Shown here: positions 59,922 through 64,000 of the stretch, in pieces | Position numbering within the stretch: the stretch's first letter is position 1 | Layout: each line of letters opens with the position of its first letter | DNA from: an uncultured delta proteobacterium | GTDB lineage: Bacteria > Myxococcota > Myxococcia > Myxococcales > Myxococcaceae | DNA length: 64,000 bases | Assembly (NCBI GenBank): GCA_963776345.1 | Contig: CAVZMH010000019.1 | Span: 32,001-96,000 of the forward strand | Direction of reading: 5' to 3' | Made by a program: the position numbers and the translations under genes | Notes under the pieces: model-generated | Told to the model about the DNA's origin: nothing | Database searches by the model: none | What the model saw: the letters and a program-made list of their open reading frames with translations, nothing else

Positions 59922-61726
59922 ATGGCAGAACGGAAGTCACGGCGGCGGTTCCTGGCGGAGGGCGCGCTGGCGCTGGCGGGGGTGGCGGCGGGCAGCGCGA
60001 GGGCCGGGCCCGACGGGGGCTCCCCGGCCGGCTCGGGCACGGGCAGCATCTTCTCCGGGACGCCGGGAGAGGCGGCAGGTCCGCCCGGTCCGGCCATCAC
60101 GCCCGAGACCTTCGTCCAGGCCGAGAAGCTGATGCGGGTGAGCATGACGCCCGAGCAGCGGACGATGGCCGCCGAGTCCTGGAACCTCAACATCGGCCCG
60201 TTCTTCGCACGGCGCGACTTCCCGCTCGATGACGAGGCGCCCGGCATGGTCTGGAACCCGGTGCTGCGCGGAACCGGACGGATGCCGAAGAAGAACCGCG
60301 TGGTGCGCTCGAGCTGGAGCGCGCGGAAGCCGCCCGGGGACGAGGAGCTGGCCTTCGCCCCGGTGCACCTGCTCTCGCGCTGGGTGCAGGCCGCGGCAGG
60401 TCTCGTCGGTGCGGCTGACCGAGCTCGCCCTGGCGCGGCTGGAGCGCTACCAGCCGCAGCTCAACTGCACCATCACCCTGGTGCGCGAGCAGGCGCTGGC
60501 CGAGGCGGAGGCCGCGGACCGGGAGATCGCCCGCGGGAAGTACCGGGGGCCGCTGCACGGCATCCCCTATGGCGCCAAGGATTCTCCTGGACACCGCGGG
60601 CATCCGGACCACCTGGGGCGCCGAGCCGTTCCGGAACCGCGTGCCGAAGGAGGACGCCACCGTCATCGCCCGCCTGCGCGCCGCCGGCGCCATCCTGGTG
60701 GCCAAGCTGTCCCTGGGCGCGCTGGCCCTGAACGACGTCTGGTTCGGCGGGAGGACGAGCAACCCCTGGTTCCTCGAGGAGGGCTCGGGCGGTTCGAGCG
60801 CCGGCTCGGGCGCGGCGGTCTCCGCGGGGCTGGTCCCGTTCGCCATGGGGAGCGAGACCTTCGGGAGCATCGTCGACCCCTGCATGCGGTGCGGCACCAC
60901 CGGGCTCCGCCCCACCTTCGGACGGGTCCCGCGGACCGGCGCCATGGCGCTCTCCTGGAGCCACGACAAGCTCGGGCCCATCACCCGCTCGGTGGAGGAC
61001 ACCGCCCTGGTGCTGGCCGCCATCTCCGGGCCGGACCCGGCGGACCTCTCGTCCTTGCCGAGCCGGTTCGCGTTCGATGCGACCCGCCCGGTGAAGGGCC
61101 TGAAGATCGGCATGGTCCCGTCCTGGATGACCGGGCCGGCGGCGAGCGAGGTCGAGCCGGCGGCGATGGCGGCCCTCGAGCGGCTCGGGGCGCGCCGGGT
61201 GGACCTCGCGTTTCCCGACCTGCCCTGGGCGGCCCTCCAGTCCCTGGTCCTGGCCGACGCGGCGGCGTCCTTCGAGCGGCTCACGCTCGCCGGCGAGGAC
61301 GCGCAGCTCCGGATGCAGGTGCGCGATGCCTGGCCGAACCTCTTCCGCCAGTCTCGCTTCATCTCCGCGGTGGACTACGTGCAGGCAGACCGGCTGCGCC
61401 GGCACGTGGCGAAGGTGTGGGCCGAGCAGATGGCCAAGGTGGACGTGCTGCTCACCCCCTCGCTCCGGGACGAGCCGCTCTCCACCAACTCCACCGGGCA
61501 CCCGTGCCTCGTCGTCCCGGCCGGCTGGGTGATGATCGACCGGATCCGCAGCGACTGGCTCCCGCCGCCGGGCCAGCAGCACCCGCCGGTCTCCCCACCG
61601 CGCCGGGTGCCCTACGGCGTCTCGCTCATCGGCCATCTGTGGGACGAGGGCACCCTGTGCACGGTGGGCCTGGCGCTCGAGGGGGCGATGAAGATGACCG
61701 ACGCCCATCCGCCCGGATTCGCGTGA
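59922..61726 (+). CDS. Tat-exported amidase (amidase-signature family); two +1 frameshifts near 60392 and 60583
   Basis: GGAGG SD, MAERKSRRRFL Tat motif. GPLHGIPYGAKD, GGSSAGSG, GSETFGSI..P are spread over three frames and join on removing two single bases. Confidence 0.82.
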
Positions 61727-62280
61727 ACACGGTGCCCGAGCGACGCACGGCGCGGCTCCTGCTCCGGGGCTTCCGTGGCGACGACCTCGAGACGCTGGCG
61801 GCGCTGAATGCGGACCCGGCCGTGATGGAGCACCTGCCGGGGCCGATGACCCTCCAGGACTCGGCCGCGCAGCTCGCCCGGTTCCGGCAGCAGTGGGAGG
61901 AGCACGGGTTCGGGTGGTGGGCGGTGGAGGTCCCGGGCGTCGCCCCTTTCATCGGCTGGGTGGGACTCGCCCGGCCGCGGTTCGAGGCGCACTTCACCCC
62001 CTGCGTGGAGATCGGCTGGAGGCTCGCCGCCGCGCACTGGAACCAGGGGTACGCGACCGAGGGCGCCCGGGAGGCGCTCCGGTTCGGCTGGGCCCTGGAG
62101 TCGCCCAGGCTCGAGGAGATCGTGGCCTTCACGGTGCCGGCCAACCACCGCTCGAGACGGGTGATGGAGAAGCTCGGCTTGCTCCACGACCCGCGAGACG
62201 ACTTCGAGCACCCAAGGCTCCTGCCTGGGCACCCGCTGCGTCCCCACGTCCTCTACCGGATCCGCCGGGGGCCGGCGTGA
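61723..62280 (+). CDS. GNAT N-acetyltransferase (RimJ/RimL-like)
   Basis: GTG overlaps the amidase stop. TARLLLR, FIGWVGL, VEIGWRL...WNQGYATE, N.RSRRVMEKLG. Confidence 0.9.
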   Translation: MNTVPERRTARLLLRGFRGDDLETLAALNADPAVMEHLPGPMTLQDSAAQLARFRQQWEEHGFGWWAVEVPGVAPFIGWVGLARPRFEAHFTPCVEIGWRLAAAHWNQGYATEGAREALRFGWALESPRLEEIVAFTVPANHRSRRVMEKLGLLHDPRDDFEHPRLLPGHPLRPHVLYRIRRGPA

Positions 62281-62365
62281 AACCCATGGACCGACCACAG
62301 TCCCGATGAGTGGACCCCTCTCGCAGGCCCGCATTGCTGGGCCCTTGCTCGAGGTCCGGACTGGA

Positions 62366-62421
62366 CAGGAAACTCACCTGTCTATTTCCCAGAATTACTC
62401 AGGTGAGTTTCCTGACTTTTT
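62366..62421 (+). terminator. 15-bp perfect inverted repeat plus T-run; terminator or REP-like element between convergent genes
   Basis: CAGGAAACTCACCTG-N19-CAGGTGAGTTTCCTG followed by ACTTTTT. Confidence 0.55.
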
Positions 62422-62468
62422 AGGGGACCCTCGTCGCGACGTCCTCGAATCGTCGCGGCTGAAGGGAC

Positions 62469-63572
62469 TCAGCCGACGGTCTGCGCGAGGAGCCACTCGA
62501 AGGCCCCCGGGCGCCGGGCGAGCGACGTCACCACCCGCTGGCGGAGCGCCGGCCGCTGGGCGAGGCCGAGCACCGCCCAGGCGGTCCAGGCGTACTTCCG
62601 GAACTCCCGTCGCGACATCACGCTGAAGGGCCGGAACGCGCGGACGTCCCCTCCGCGGCGTACCGCGTCCGGGAGACAGCCAGCGAGCGCCTCGGCGCAC
62701 ACCAGCGCCACCGACATGCCCTCGCCGGTGATGGCGTCGACGTAGCCGCCGGCGTCCCCCAGCAGCGCGAACCGCTCGGCGACGCGCCGGCGGGCGAGTT
62801 GCAGGAAGGGTCCGGCGCCGCGGGGCTCGGAGTCCGGCTCGGCGTCCGCGAGTCGCCGGCCGAGGAGCGGGAACCGCGCCAGCAGCGAGTCGACCGATGC
62901 CCGCGAGTAGAGCTGCCCGTCCGACCAGAGGAAGGCCACCCCGACGCGCGAGGGGCCGCAGGGGGTCACGTACGCCTCGGCATGCGTCGACAGGTGCACC
63001 TCGACCCGGTCGGTCCACGGCTCGGCGCGGAAGTGCTGCCGGAGCCCGAACCGCCGGGCGCCCCGCGCGGGGGCCTCGAGGCCCTCTGCTCGCCGGAGCG
63101 GCGAGTGCAGGCCGTCGGCGGCGACGAGTACCCGGGCCGCGAGCGAGCCTGTGTCGGTCTCGAGCAGCATCTCCTCCGCCGTCCGTCGATGGGAGCGCAG
63201 CGCGGTCCGGTCGCGGACGTCGACCCCCGAGGCCCGGGCCACCTCGAGGAGCGCCGAGGAGAGCGCGGTCCGGCGGATGCCGAGCCCTCCGGTCCCGGGC
63301 AGCGCGCCCTCCAGGCTGCTCCCGTCCTCCTGCACGTAGCGCACGCCCCGGATGGGGCCCGAGTCCGAGGCCGGGATGCGGTCCAGCGCTCCCAGCCGCG
63401 CGAGCACTGCCAGTCCCGCCGGCATCACGCCCTCGCCGCAGGCCTTGTCGTGGGGAAGCGGCGCGCGCTCGAGCAACGTCACCGAGAGCCCGCGGCGCGC
63501 GGCGAGGGCCGCCACCGCGAGCCCCGCCGGGCCGCCGCCCACCACCGCGACGTCGACGACGGGCGAGCTCAC
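62469..63572 (-). CDS. FAD-dependent oxidoreductase/monooxygenase
   Basis: GTG at 63572 overlaps the FAAL stop. DVAVVGGGPAG, DKACGEG, AADG, LLGDAGGYVDAITGEGM. Confidence 0.88.
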   Translation of the reverse strand: MSSPVVDVAVVGGGPAGLAVAALAARRGLSVTLLERAPLPHDKACGEGVMPAGLAVLARLGALDRIPASDSGPIRGVRYVQEDGSSLEGALPGTGGLGIRRTALSSALLEVARASGVDVRDRTALRSHRRTAEEMLLETDTGSLAARVLVAADGLHSPLRRAEGLEAPARGARRFGLRQHFRAEPWTDRVEVHLSTHAEAYVTPCGPSRVGVAFLWSDGQLYSRASVDSLLARFPLLGRRLADAEPDSEPRGAGPFLQLARRRVAERFALLGDAGGYVDAITGEGMSVALVCAEALAGCLPDAVRRGGDVRAFRPFSVMSRREFRKYAWTAWAVLGLAQRPALRQRVVTSLARRPGAFEWLLAQTVG

Positions 63573-64000
63573 GTCTCGGCCTCCGGCTGGGGCCGCACAC
63601 GCGCCCGGGCCAGCGCCAGCGCCGACCTCAGCATCTCGCCCACCAGCCGGATGGCGTTCACCCGGGCGGGGGGTTGCAGCGTCCCCGTCGTCCAGCGCCG
63701 GAGCGCCTCGGAACGGCGCAGCTTTCCGCTCGAGGTGCGGGGGAGCGTGCCGGGCACGAGCAGCTCCACCGTGTGCGGCCGGATGCCGGTGTGCTCGGCG
63801 ACGGCGGCGCGGATCCGGTCGACGAGGTCCGGCGCGGCGTCGGCCGTGGTCTCCACCAGGAGCGCGAGCTCCTCGCCGTCGCCGCCCGGAGGCACGAAGC
63901 CCAGGGCCACCGCGCACCCGGCCCGTACGCCCTTCACCCCGTCCAGCGCGTCCTCGAACTCCTGCGGCGAGTGGTTGGCCCCGCGCAGGACCACCACGTC
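63569..64000 (-). CDS. Fatty acyl-AMP ligase, C-terminal part (truncated by window end)
   Basis: D.VVLRGANHSPQEFE, GVRAGCAVA, LPRTSSGKLRR adenylation A10 motif. Confidence 0.82.
   Translation of the reverse strand, partial: DVVVLRGANHSPQEFEDALDGVKGVRAGCAVALGFVPPGGDGEELALLVETTADAAPDLVDRIRAAVAEHTGIRPHTVELLVPGTLPRTSSGKLRRSEALRRWTTGTLQPPARVNAIRLVGEMLRSALALARARVRPQPEAET

Noticed and set aside
62298..62420. Hammerhead-like words (CCGATGAG ... GAAAC ... GTT)
   Set aside because: The core reads CCGAUGA rather than CUGAUGA, stems I and II do not close properly, and the GAAAC is simply part of the perfect inverted repeat.

Overview
High-GC myxobacterial (Myxococcota-like) chromosomal region, gene-dense, centred on the main type IVa pilus locus. 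Gene order follows the Myxococcus xanthus pil region as I know it: ribF-pilB-pilT-pilC-pilS-pilR-pilA-(pilG-pilH-pilI)-pilD-pilS2-pilR2-HTH-pilMNOPQ-lipoprotein-mglC-efp-accB-accC-sgmX-ExeA-like ATPase-tamB-tamA. The left arm carries a zinc-ribbon protein, tatA, GDPD, an S41 protease, an EI24/CysZ-like protein, glutamate-cysteine ligase, a degenerate Hsp70-like protein, alaS and trmB. The right end has an amidase, a GNAT, and the end of a FAAL/flavin oxidoreductase operon. Main departures from the expected pattern: (1) two tandem full-length major-pilin paralogues separated by a terminator-like hairpin; (2) an AlgI/AlgJ-like O-acyltransferase pair and a GT-C-like/TPR membrane protein translationally coupled around pilD, a candidate pilin glycosylation/O-acetylation module; (3) an unannotated protein near pilB with what look like two Hfq/Sm-like domains; (4) a 17-bp palindrome GAGGTGTCnGACACCTC repeated in frame (EVSDTS) inside two unrelated genes; (5) three single-base insertions (pilR2, amidase x2) that are probably sequencing errors. 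No rRNA, tRNA, CRISPR array or transposase was recognised. All family calls come from motif recognition by eye, not database searches.
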